From positions 60,001 through 92,000 of the forward strand of contig MWMI01000002.1 of the NCBI GenBank assembly GCA_003568775.1: a stretch of DNA of 32,000 nucleotides. The letters run 5' to 3'. The notes under the pieces were generated by a model. The model saw only the letters and a list, made by a program, of their open reading frames with translations. It made no database searches and was not told the origin of the DNA. The stretch is from Candidatus Nanoclepta minutus. Its GTDB lineage: Archaea; Nanobdellota; Nanobdellia; Nanobdellales; Nanobdellaceae. Position 1 is the first letter of the stretch. Every line of letters begins with the position of its first letter. This document shows, piece after piece, positions 1 through 9,262 of this stretch. Position numbers and translations under genes: made by a program.

Positions 1-78
1 ACCTATCCTTGCAAGTTCCGCATCTCTAACTTTTCTATCTTTTATTTTATCAAATCCTTTTGGTATTTCAGAGATCAT
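1..78 (-). CDS. 5' end of an unidentified protein-coding gene running off the left edge (partial)
   Basis: ATG at 78-76 (minus strand) opens a frame that stays open to base 1 (MISEIPKGFDKIKDRKVRDAELARIG...). It is co-oriented with the peroxiredoxin gene and starts 28 nt downstream of it. No family can be recognised from 26 aa. Confidence 0.3.
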   Translation of the reverse strand, partial: MISEIPKGFDKIKDRKVRDAELARIG

Positions 79-106
79 TGTTGTTTCTTTTTCTTCTTAC
101 ACGCCA

Positions 107-772
107 TTATAGTTTTTTATGACAGAACCACCAATCGAAGCATTCAATTTCGCCTTTTTTAGCTCTCTTCTCTCTATCCTCCTTATCCTTGATATTAGAA
201 GCTGGTGGTATTATTACATCGTTTCCTACCAAGGACGAAGACTTCCATTCTAATTTATCTACATACCAGTTAGCTGGAGTTGCAACTTTGTTCTTATCTG
301 CAGTTTGTAATGCTAGAACCAATCTATATATTTCCGTTATATTTCTTCCCGTTTCCTGTGGATAATAAACTATTGCCCTAATTACCCCTTCTGGATCTAC
401 AATAAATACGGCCCTTACAGTATTAGTACCCTTGTATGGAGATATCATACCCAACTTCTTCGCCAATTCTCCCTGATCATCTGCTATTATTGGGAACTTT
501 ACTTCCACTCCAAGCTTTTCCTTTATCCACTCTATCCACTTTATATGAGCAAACACTTGGTCTATAGACAACCCTATGAGCTCTGTATTTATTTCCTTAA
601 ACTTTTCATGCATCTTTGCAAACTCTACAAACTCTGTAGTACAAACTGGTGTAAAGTCTGCTGGATGGCTAAACAAAACAAACCACTTTCCCTTAAAGTA
701 ATCTGGTAGCTTTATCCTTCCGTGTGTTGTTGCTACTTCAACCTCTGGAAACTTTTCACCTAGTACGACCAT
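107..772 (-). CDS. Peroxiredoxin (archaeal Prx6-like thiol peroxidase)
   Basis: 221 aa. It has the peroxidatic Cys motif DFTPVCTTE, a thioredoxin-fold core and a C-terminal Cys pair (ECFDWWFC) as in archaeal thioredoxin peroxidases. Confidence 0.9.
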   Translation of the reverse strand: MVVLGEKFPEVEVATTHGRIKLPDYFKGKWFVLFSHPADFTPVCTTEFVEFAKMHEKFKEINTELIGLSIDQVFAHIKWIEWIKEKLGVEVKFPIIADDQGELAKKLGMISPYKGTNTVRAVFIVDPEGVIRAIVYYPQETGRNITEIYRLVLALQTADKNKVATPANWYVDKLEWKSSSLVGNDVIIPPASNIKDKEDREKRAKKGEIECFDWWFCHKKL

Positions 773-822
773 ATTATTTTATAGTACTAAAACCTTAAAA
801 ATTTTTACTATCATAGTAAAAT

Positions 823-1257
823 ATGGTACGAAAACCGGAGATAGATAACATAGATGAAAGGATATTAAACTTACTAAGGGACAATAGCAGGTCATCGTAT
901 ACAGAAATAGGAAAAATGCTAAACCTTTCAGAGGGGGCCATAAGAAAGAGAGTAAGAAAGATGATTGAAGAAGGAGTTATAAAAAAATTTACAGTAGTAA
1001 TAGACTATAAAAAGGTTGGAAAAGTAGAATCATTAACGGGAATTAACGTTTCTCCAGAAGGCTTATTAAAAGTAATAGAAGAAATAAAGAAAATTGACAA
1101 GATAGATAAGATTTATATAACAAGCGGAGATCATACTCTAATAGTTGATATAGTAGCTAACTCTTTTGAAGAACTAGATGAGATTCATAAAAAAATAGAA
1201 AGTATAGATGGTGTTATTAACGTTTATCCTGCTCCAATACTAGAGATCATAAGATAA
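823..1257 (+). CDS. Lrp/AsnC-family transcriptional regulator
   Basis: 144 aa. N-terminal HTH (DERILNLLRDNSRSSYTEIGKMLNLSEGAIRKRVRKMIEEGVI) followed by a RAM-like effector domain. Divergent from the peroxiredoxin gene across a 50-bp AT-rich spacer. Confidence 0.85.
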   Translation: MVRKPEIDNIDERILNLLRDNSRSSYTEIGKMLNLSEGAIRKRVRKMIEEGVIKKFTVVIDYKKVGKVESLTGINVSPEGLLKVIEEIKKIDKIDKIYITSGDHTLIVDIVANSFEELDEIHKKIESIDGVINVYPAPILEIIR

Positions 1258-2083
1258 TACTATCAATCCAATCTAATATCTTATTAGCTACATACTTCGC
1301 TCTCTCTGAGATCTTCCCCTCATATAGAAGATCATTAAGGTTATGAGTACCTCCCCTAACAAAATACAAATCCTTTTTCTTAGATCTTATCCTCTCATAT
1401 AAATAATAAGCACTTCTGAAATACAAAAGCTCGTCCCTAGTACCCTGAACGATTAAGGTCGGTAAATCTACTCTACTAGCATATAAAAGTAAGGAACCAT
1501 CCAAAAATAAGCCTAGTTTAAGTATTTTTTCTAGATCAAGGATCCTACATTTGGTTAAACCCAAAATTATCATCCTACCAAACATACTACTCCTAATATC
1601 TCTAGGAAAGAACTTCTCTATATTCAATTTCTTCCTTCCTGCGAATATATATTTAACTAAATAAACTAAAAAGTAAAAGGAAATCCTTCTATCGATCTTG
1701 GGTAGAACAACAACCGGAGGACTTATTAAGATAATCCCATTTATCTTTGGTTTTCTAAGAGTATAATATAGTAAAGCATAACCAGTTCTAAGGCTATATC
1801 CTAATAAAAAAATCGGCTTATTCAATCCCTTCAAACTTTTAGGGACATAGTCTATATTCTTTAGGTTCCTATACAAGAAGGGCTTCGTATTCTTAATCAG
1901 GTTATATCTTTCTATTTCAATAGCTGATAAAGTATAACCTCTTTCGTTAGCAAGTTTAGCGAAGTTGTGAAAGATCTTACTATAGGAGCATATACCATGT
2001 AAGGCAACTATTATAGCTTTCTCCTTCTTTGCCCTCCATACCTTAACATTCCTTAATCCCTTAGAATCCAAAACCTTTTTCAT
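1247..2083 (-). CDS. alpha/beta-hydrolase fold protein (lysophospholipase / monoacylglycerol-lipase-like), divergent
   Basis: 278 aa. IIVALHG oxyanion-region motif, nucleophile elbow LLGYSLRTG (GxSxx, last Gly replaced), later GTRDE (Asp) and GGTHN (His) in the order expected for a Ser-Asp-His triad. Confidence 0.55.
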   Translation of the reverse strand: MKKVLDSKGLRNVKVWRAKKEKAIIVALHGICSYSKIFHNFAKLANERGYTLSAIEIERYNLIKNTKPFLYRNLKNIDYVPKSLKGLNKPIFLLGYSLRTGYALLYYTLRKPKINGIILISPPVVVLPKIDRRISFYFLVYLVKYIFAGRKKLNIEKFFPRDIRSSMFGRMIILGLTKCRILDLEKILKLGLFLDGSLLLYASRVDLPTLIVQGTRDELLYFRSAYYLYERIRSKKKDLYFVRGGTHNLNDLLYEGKISERAKYVANKILDWIDSIIL

Positions 2084-2125
2084 TTTAATCTATTAATCAT
2101 CCTCAAAGTTTTAATAATAATCTAG

Positions 2126-2254
2126 ATTCCATTGGAGTGTAGAAAGGATGTATTGAGGGTATCGGAAGAAAAGAGAGTTCCTTTAAGAGAGGCAGCATAT
2201 ATATTAGCTGTTGATAGAATAGCAACTGCAATAAGAAAAAGAGGACTTGGCTAA
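2126..2254 (+). pseudogene. C-terminal relic of a Glu/Leu/Phe/Val-dehydrogenase (glutamate dehydrogenase-like) gene
   Basis: The frame translates to PLECRKDVLRVSEEKRVPLREAAYILAVDRIATAIRKRGLG*. This matches the conserved GDH C-terminal helix pattern (xLRxAAYxxAxxRxxxAxxxRG). It is bounded upstream by TAG at 2123-2125 and has no in-frame ATG. It is about 43 codons, whereas GDH enzymes are over 400 aa. Confidence 0.55.
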
Positions 2255-2319
2255 TTCTTTCTTTTCCCATATCAGGGATAGTTTTTAAAATTTTAATTAG
2301 GAAGAAATATTAATGGTGT

Positions 2320-3752
2320 ATGGGTGTTGAGTTATATATAACAGATACTCTAAGGGGTGAGAAGGTAAAGTTTGAGCCTTTGAATCCACCCATAGTAACC
2401 ATATATCACTGTGGTATAACTCCATACAATTATTCGCATATAGGACATTTAAGGGCAGAGGTTGCAGTTGATCTATTGAGGAGAACATTAAGGTATTTTG
2501 GGTATATAGATATAGCAGTAAGCAACTTTACGGATATAGATGATAAGATAATTAGAAGGTCGAAAGAGGAAAAAGTGAATTGGGAAGAGATCCCCGAAAA
2601 ATACATAAAGTATCATCTAGAGGTTACTAGAAAAATAAATAATCTGCCATTTTATGTTTATCCAAGAGTCACAAAACATATTAAAGAAATAATAGATTTC
2701 ATAAAGGAACTAGTAGATAAGGGATACGCATATGTAGGAAAAACTGGGGTATATTTCGATGTAGATAAGTATCCCTATTATGGCCAACTATCTAGAAGGA
2801 CTGAAAAAACCTTATGGGAACAGGAAACAGATGTTTTACAAGATAAGAAGAATTCGTACGATTTTGCATTATGGAAGTTTAGAAAACCGGATGAACCTTT
2901 TTGGAGTAGTCCATGGAGTGAGGGAAGACCAGGATGGCATATAGAGTGTTCTACTATGTCTACAAGATATTTGGGTAATCAGATAGACATACACTCAGGT
3001 GGAACAGATTTAATATTTCCTCACCATGAAAACGAGATAGCCCAATCTGAAAGTGCATTGGGAATAAGACCATGGGTAAGGTATTGGTTCCATATCGGAA
3101 TGATTACCATAAAAGGTGAGAAGATGAGTAAATCCTTAGGCAATATCATACCAGCGATGGATGCTATAGAAAGGTATGGAGCAATGGAATTAAGGTATTA
3201 CATGCTATCAACACATTATAGAAAACCATTAGACTTCAATGAAGAGGATATAAGCTCAAAGATAAGAGAATACAAAAGCTTAACATCAACTATATCAACA
3301 TTATTAACTATCTTTGGAGAACTGGAAATTAATGGATATTTGAATGATGAAGAGAGAGAAGTCTTTAATAAAATAATTGATTATAACAGAAAGTTTGTTA
3401 TGGCAATAGCAGACGATCTAAATGTATCAGAAGCAAATAGAATATTAAATGAAGCAAATAGTTTGATAAATAAAGAAGTCTTACAAAAACCTAAATATTC
3501 TTTGGTACTAGCATCGATCAATTTCTTCAAAACAGTAAACCAATTTTATGGGGTTTGGGATAACCTATTCTATGGAAAGAGAGAAAACGTAGAGATAGTA
3601 TATAAGCTAATAGATATATTGATGGAAGTTAGATCTAAATTAAGGGAAAACAAGTTCTATGAGTTATCCGATTACATAAGAAATAAATTGGGAGAATTGG
3701 GAGTTATTGTAAGCGATAAAGGAAAGGAAAGCTTCTGGAAAATAGAAAAGTT

Positions 3753-3756
<4 letters not shown>
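2320..3756 (+). CDS. cysS: Cysteinyl-tRNA synthetase
   Basis: 478 aa. Class I HIGH-type motif (YNYSHIGHLR), KMSKS motif (GEKMSKSLGN), and Zn-ligand contexts IYHCGITPY, WHIECS and FPHHENE. Confidence 0.95.
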
Positions 3757-5120
<1,364 letters not shown>

Positions 5121-5242
5121 ACAAGAAAATTAATAGATAATATAAAGCTAAATGAAATCTTTATATACAATAGGTACTACTTATTCCTTACAAACAGCAT
5201 ATTTTTTTATTAAAAGCCTCATGTAGGTTTAGAATTTATCAA

Positions 5243-5314
5243 AGCCCCGGCCGGGATTTGAACCCGGGACCTGCGGATTACGAGTCCGCCGCTCTACCGC
5301 TGAGCCACCGGGGC
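5243..5314 (-). tRNA. tRNA-Thr (anticodon CGU)
   Basis: The reverse complement folds as GCCCCGG-UG-GCUC-AGCGGUA-GAGC-G-GCGGA-CUCGUAA-UCCGC-AGGUC-CCGGG-UUCAAAU-CCCGG-CCGGGGC-U. It is 72 nt with no encoded CCA. Confidence 0.95.
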
Positions 5315-5347
5315 ATATTTTTAAAGAAATATTATTAACCTTCATAA
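5315..5347. promoter_or_regulatory. 33-bp bidirectional promoter spacer between the tRNA-Thr 5' end and the DHH-gene ATG
   Basis: The sequence is ATATTTTTAAAGAAATATTATTAACCTTCATAA. TATA-like ATATTTTTAAAG lies at -33..-22 of the ATG at 5348. On the other strand TTAATAATAT lies at -24..-15 of tRNA position 1. Confidence 0.45.
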
Positions 5348-6358
5348 ATGATTGCAAGGAACTTCGATATATTATCTAGGGAAATACAAAAACTAAAGGA
5401 CGTATTAGTAGTAGCAGATAACGATTTAGATGGAATTTTTTCTGCAAAACAAATGAAAATAATATTAGATAAACTAGGAATAAAAAATGAAATAGTAATT
5501 AGGAATAGAAACAATAGCTTTAAAGAGCTATTTGAAGAGTTACAAAAAATAAACAAAGATGAAATAATCCTATTGGATACACCTATGCCAGATGAATACC
5601 TATTTGAACTAGTAATGAACAAAAAAGTAATTTATATAGACCATCATAAAAAAGAATTACCGAAAGATGTTCCGGAAAACCTAGTATATTTTGATTATAG
5701 AGCAATATCTGGAGAAGATATAGCAACTAGCGTCTTAGTGTATAAGTTAGGAAAAAGGTTAATACCAGATTTTAGTAAATATTCTATATTTGCAATGATA
5801 GGGGCAATTGGGGATTTTTCATACGATCACGAATTACATATAGATTTCGTTACTAATTATAAATACCTCTACAATAATACTTATTTTGTATTACCTTTCT
5901 TCGATCTAATAAAGATACTAGAAGGTCTGAACCATAAAGAATTCTTAGAGATTTCCCTGGATAATCTTTTGTATATTGTTGATAGAAATAAGAAAAAAAT
6001 CGCTAGGGAAATATCAAAATATTACAAAAAATTATTAAAATTTGAAATAAAATTAGATAATGAAAAGTTATTAGTCTTAGAATGCAAAAAACCATCGATA
6101 ACTACTACCTTCTTTTCTAATATTTATCCAAATAAAGTTATAGTTGGCTATTCCATCAAGAGATTCCTTATATTTAAGAAAAATACAGTTTCTGTATCCC
6201 TAAGGACTTCTAGAGACGATGTTGATTTAGGAAGTATTGCAGAAGAATTTGCAAGGAAATACGGAATAGAAGGGGGAGGTCATAGAAAAGCCGCTGGAAT
6301 GTTAATAAATAGAATGGATTTAGAGAAATTAATTAGATTTGTAGAAGAAAGAATATAA
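5348..6358 (+). CDS. DHH/DHHA1-family phosphoesterase (archaeal RecJ/Cdc45-like or NrnA-like)
   Basis: 336 aa. DHH motifs I-IV are VVADNDLDG, ILLDT, YIDHH and GAIGD. The DHHA1 motif is GGGHRKAAG near the C-terminus. Confidence 0.8.
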   Translation: MIARNFDILSREIQKLKDVLVVADNDLDGIFSAKQMKIILDKLGIKNEIVIRNRNNSFKELFEELQKINKDEIILLDTPMPDEYLFELVMNKKVIYIDHHKKELPKDVPENLVYFDYRAISGEDIATSVLVYKLGKRLIPDFSKYSIFAMIGAIGDFSYDHELHIDFVTNYKYLYNNTYFVLPFFDLIKILEGLNHKEFLEISLDNLLYIVDRNKKKIAREISKYYKKLLKFEIKLDNEKLLVLECKKPSITTTFFSNIYPNKVIVGYSIKRFLIFKKNTVSVSLRTSRDDVDLGSIAEEFARKYGIEGGGHRKAAGMLINRMDLEKLIRFVEERI

Positions 6359-6411
6359 TTAATAAACTCTAAAGAAATTATAAAAATTGCATTATTTTCC
6401 TGCTATATATC

Positions 6412-7428
6412 TTAAGATTTCTGCAGAAATTTGTCAATAGTCTTTTTTAAAATATTAAAATATTTATGAGAATACTCATCAAAGAAACTTTTTGGAATTC
6501 TTTCTTCAAATCTTTTCTCTCTAACAGAAGGATCAAATGGACCCTTCATAAGGTATACTATAGATATAAAATGTGGAAGAAGATTTATTACCTCTCTTAT
6601 TGTTGCGTTTCTTAATGATTTACCTACAGTATAAAGCTCTCTTTCTGAAAGCATTGAAACATTCATTGAACTAATGGGAATATATGTATCGTGTAATCCT
6701 CTATATAAAAATCCCATAAGAAAATATTTCAAATATTTATCCCTCTTTATTCCAAACCTTTCTTCTACAAAAATTGTTTCCATACCATCACCAAAGTATT
6801 CTAAACCACATATCTCTCTAAGAAAATTTTCTATCCCTTTAGAAACATAAATTCTAACCTCAATAGGATACAGAACTTTGGACAAAAAAACATAAATAGA
6901 ATAATAAGATTTCCTGAACTGAGGATTTATCTCTGCTCCATCTTGAATAAAAATCTCAAATCCATTTTTTCTTGCAATAACTCTCGCTATTCTGACATTA
7001 AAATCAGAAAACTGAGTTTTTTTCTCTATATCTATCTTATCTATAATATGCACAAGTTCATGAAAAAGAATCCTAAGTATTTCTCGGTTAGCATAATTAG
7101 CAAATAGATTTCTACTAATGTCTATAATTTCGCTATCCTCAACTTGAAGACCTAATTCCTGATAAACGCTTCTTTTTAAACTTTCCCATAATTTAGGATA
7201 ACGAATAAGAACTTGATCTAAAGTCAAAGCCTCTTCAAAATCTTCTATTGAAGGAGGTAAAACTACAATTCTAAGTCCTTTTATTATTGGTGTATATGGA
7301 ATATCATTTCCATCAAAAGGAGAATCTACAACAACAGCATCTGCCAAATCTACTTCATTTCTATATTGAGGAAAGTATTCAACAACAAATTCTTTTGCTT
7401 CCCTCCATGCTTTTGCAATATTATCCAT
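6412..7428 (-). CDS. Hypothetical protein with an HExxH zinc-metallopeptidase-type motif
   Basis: 338 aa uninterrupted ORF with a single HExxH (ILFHELVHIID) in the middle. I recognise no other family signature. Confidence 0.5.
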   Translation of the reverse strand: MDNIAKAWREAKEFVVEYFPQYRNEVDLADAVVVDSPFDGNDIPYTPIIKGLRIVVLPPSIEDFEEALTLDQVLIRYPKLWESLKRSVYQELGLQVEDSEIIDISRNLFANYANREILRILFHELVHIIDKIDIEKKTQFSDFNVRIARVIARKNGFEIFIQDGAEINPQFRKSYYSIYVFLSKVLYPIEVRIYVSKGIENFLREICGLEYFGDGMETIFVEERFGIKRDKYLKYFLMGFLYRGLHDTYIPISSMNVSMLSERELYTVGKSLRNATIREVINLLPHFISIVYLMKGPFDPSVREKRFEERIPKSFFDEYSHKYFNILKKTIDKFLQKS

Positions 7429-7537
7429 ATTTCTTTATACCGATATGAAAAACATTTAAGTCTTACTGTTAGTTTAAAAATTATCAAATACTAATAAAAA
7501 ATTAGAGAATAATTGAAAATATAAAAAAATATTAACT

Positions 7538-7939
7538 CTATAACCTTCTTCCCCTCTTTCCACCCTTTCTCCTACATCCGTCGTGTGGAATTGGTGTTAC
7601 ATCTTCTATAACACCTACCTTCAATCCCGATGTAATCAATGTCTTTATGGCAAACTGTGCAGCTACTGTAGGAACCCATGGACCGTTATGTCCACCAGGT
7701 GCTCTTAGCCTTATATGAACTGCCGTAATACCCTTTTCCAATGCTTTTTGTGCGGCAAGCTTTGCAGCTAGCATCGCTGCAGTTGGTGTTCCTTCCAACC
7801 TATCAGCATGCACAACCATTCCTCCACTTCCAACAGCAATCGTCTCTGAACCAGTTATATCTGTGATATGAATGATAGTATCGTTTTTAGACGAGTAAAT
7901 ATGTGCAATTCCCCATCTCTCCTTTTTCTTTTCAGACAT
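7538..7939 (-). CDS. rps11: 30S ribosomal protein S11 (uS11)
   Basis: 133 aa. [19 protein letters not shown]...[13 protein letters not shown]...IRLRAPGG...[29 protein letters not shown] is a typical uS11 sequence. The gene is GC-enriched relative to its surroundings. Confidence 0.95.
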   Translation of the reverse strand: MSEKKKERWGIAHIYSSKNDTIIHITDITGSETIAVGSGGMVVHADRLEGTPTAAMLAAKLAAQKALEKGITAVHIRLRAPGGHNGPWVPTVAAQFAIKTLITSGLKVGVIEDVTPIPHDGCRRKGGKRGRRL

Positions 7940-8011
7940 AAGATTATTTTTATAGAGAACCTTAAAAAGTTTTCAAAAGGAAAGCCTGAATCATATCAAA
8001 AGTTAAAAGTA

Positions 8012-8020
8012 TTTTAAATA
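8012..8020 (+). promoter_or_regulatory. TATA-box-like element upstream of the CAU tRNA
   Basis: TTTTAAATA lies at -28..-20 relative to tRNA position 1 (G8040), which is preceded by TAT. This spacing is consistent with initiation at or next to tRNA position 1. Confidence 0.5.
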
Positions 8021-8039
8021 GCTAATAGTCAAATAATAT

Positions 8040-8149
8040 GCCGCCGTAGCTCAGGGGTTAGAGCGCCTGGCTCATAACGGAAGTTATGAGCGATGATCGG
8101 TGATTAGTGGGAAACCAGGAGGTCGGGGGTTCAAATCCCCCCGGCGGCA
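8040..8149 (+). tRNA. Intron-containing tRNA with CAU anticodon (elongator Met, or Ile2 if C34 is modified)
   Basis: Acceptor GCCGCCG/CGGCGGC, D arm GCUC-AGGGGUUA-GAGC, anticodon stem CCUGG/CCAGG, loop CUCAUA|...|A, T arm GGGGG-UUCAAAU-CCCCC, discriminator A. It is 110 nt, or 73 nt after removal of a 37-nt intron at the canonical 37/38 site. G1:C72 and the lack of a GGG/CCC anticodon stem argue against an initiator tRNA. Confidence 0.9.
8077..8113 (+). other. tRNA intron (canonical 37/38 position, about 37 nt; exact borders ambiguous by 1-2 A residues)
   Basis: The insert is ACGGAAGTTATGAGCGATGATCGGTGATTAGTGGGAA, between A37 and A38. Intron bases 8083-8090 (GTTATGAG) are perfectly complementary to 8071-8078 (CTCATAAC, the anticodon loop plus 2 nt), across a GGAA loop. 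Confidence 0.75.
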
Positions 8150-8185
8150 TAAATTTTAATTAAACTTTAAAGCTATATTTTTCTT

Positions 8186-8566
8186 ATGAGGATCTTAGAA
8201 AGGATAGATTTGCTAAAAGTTGGAGTATTTTTGATAGGTATCAGTGCCCTTATAATAAGCATAATTCTATTACACATGTATATAACACAGCAGCAGAAAT
8301 ATGATATAAAGGATTTCTATGTAAATTGTCTAAAGGAACCTAAAGGCTTCTCAATAACAATAGACGCTTACTCTACAGACTTGAAGAATGTAAGGGTTAT
8401 TAACGATAACATTACTCTATGTGAGTTTATTGAAATACCTAAGAGATCCCAAGAAGTTTGTAAAGTATCGGGAGAAGGGACGTATATTATATCTGCGTTA
8501 ATAGATAACAAAGAAATTAAAAAGGTAGTATATTGCAGAAACTATTCCTATATTCCTTTGGATTAA
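8186..8566 (+). CDS. Hypothetical membrane-anchored protein
   Basis: 126 aa. N-terminal hydrophobic helix (VGVFLIGISALIISIILLHMYI) followed by a Cys-containing soluble domain. No family recognised. Confidence 0.45.
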   Translation: MRILERIDLLKVGVFLIGISALIISIILLHMYITQQQKYDIKDFYVNCLKEPKGFSITIDAYSTDLKNVRVINDNITLCEFIEIPKRSQEVCKVSGEGTYIISALIDNKEIKKVVYCRNYSYIPLD

Positions 8567-8569
8567 CAG

Positions 8570-9235
8570 CTATTCCAAAACTGCCTTTTTTATGATATAT
8601 TCCCCCTCATAACTTCCAAGAATCCTTTTTTCAGCTTCTATTATCCTAATTCTCTTCCTAAACAGTGGCATATATAAGACAAAGGTTTCATATTCCCCAC
8701 CTTCTCCAACCAAATTAGCCCTAGCTCTTTTTAAATATTCTAAAAACTCTTCATCAATTTTTCTACCTAAAAACTTTTCTTCAAACGGATATATAGCTAT
8801 TCTAGTTACTATTACCTCAAAACCTAATTCTAAAATCTCTTTGATTATTTCCTCTTCATCTTTTTGCCATAAAGGAGCGATAATCTGCAAACCCAATTCT
8901 TCAAAAATCCTCTTAAACCTATCAAACTGATAGCTAGATTTTATAGCACCTGTAAAAACCCCTTTAATACCATATTCCTCTCTTGCTTTACTCAGAAGAT
9001 CCTTTAATACTCTCATCTGCCTCTCTTCATCATCCTCAGAATAATCATAAACTAAAGGTATTCCTAAAGCTTCTGATTGCAGCTTTACTAACTCTGAGTT
9101 AGGATAATGGAACAACATGCTCTCAGAAGACTTTGGAATAATGGTAATCAAACATTTTACATCATAAAGTTTTGATGCATAATATAAGGCTAGATTGGAA
9201 TCCTTTCCACCAGAATACAATACACCTACTTTCAT
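8570..9235 (-). CDS. PP-loop ATP pyrophosphatase of the MJ0570/Dph6 (diphthine-ammonia ligase-like) family
   Basis: 221 aa. PP-loop LYSGGKDS at the N-terminus and the family motif GEGGEYETFV near the C-terminus. Confidence 0.8.
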   Translation of the reverse strand: MKVGVLYSGGKDSNLALYYASKLYDVKCLITIIPKSSESMLFHYPNSELVKLQSEALGIPLVYDYSEDDEERQMRVLKDLLSKAREEYGIKGVFTGAIKSSYQFDRFKRIFEELGLQIIAPLWQKDEEEIIKEILELGFEVIVTRIAIYPFEEKFLGRKIDEEFLEYLKRARANLVGEGGEYETFVLYMPLFRKRIRIIEAEKRILGSYEGEYIIKKAVLE

Positions 9236-9262
9236 AATAGAGATTGTTTAATATATTCTTAA

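Noticed and set aside
2297-2488. 63-aa minus-strand ORF overlapping the cysS start
   Set aside because: It overlaps the conserved N-terminus of CysRS on the opposite strand, has no motif, and has no room for a promoter.
8091-8108. C/D-box-like words (GATGATC, GTGATTAG) inside the tRNA intron, by analogy with intron-encoded methylation guides
   Set aside because: Neither matches RUGAUGA, there is no CUGA box, and the 37-nt intron is too short to hold a C/D guide RNA.
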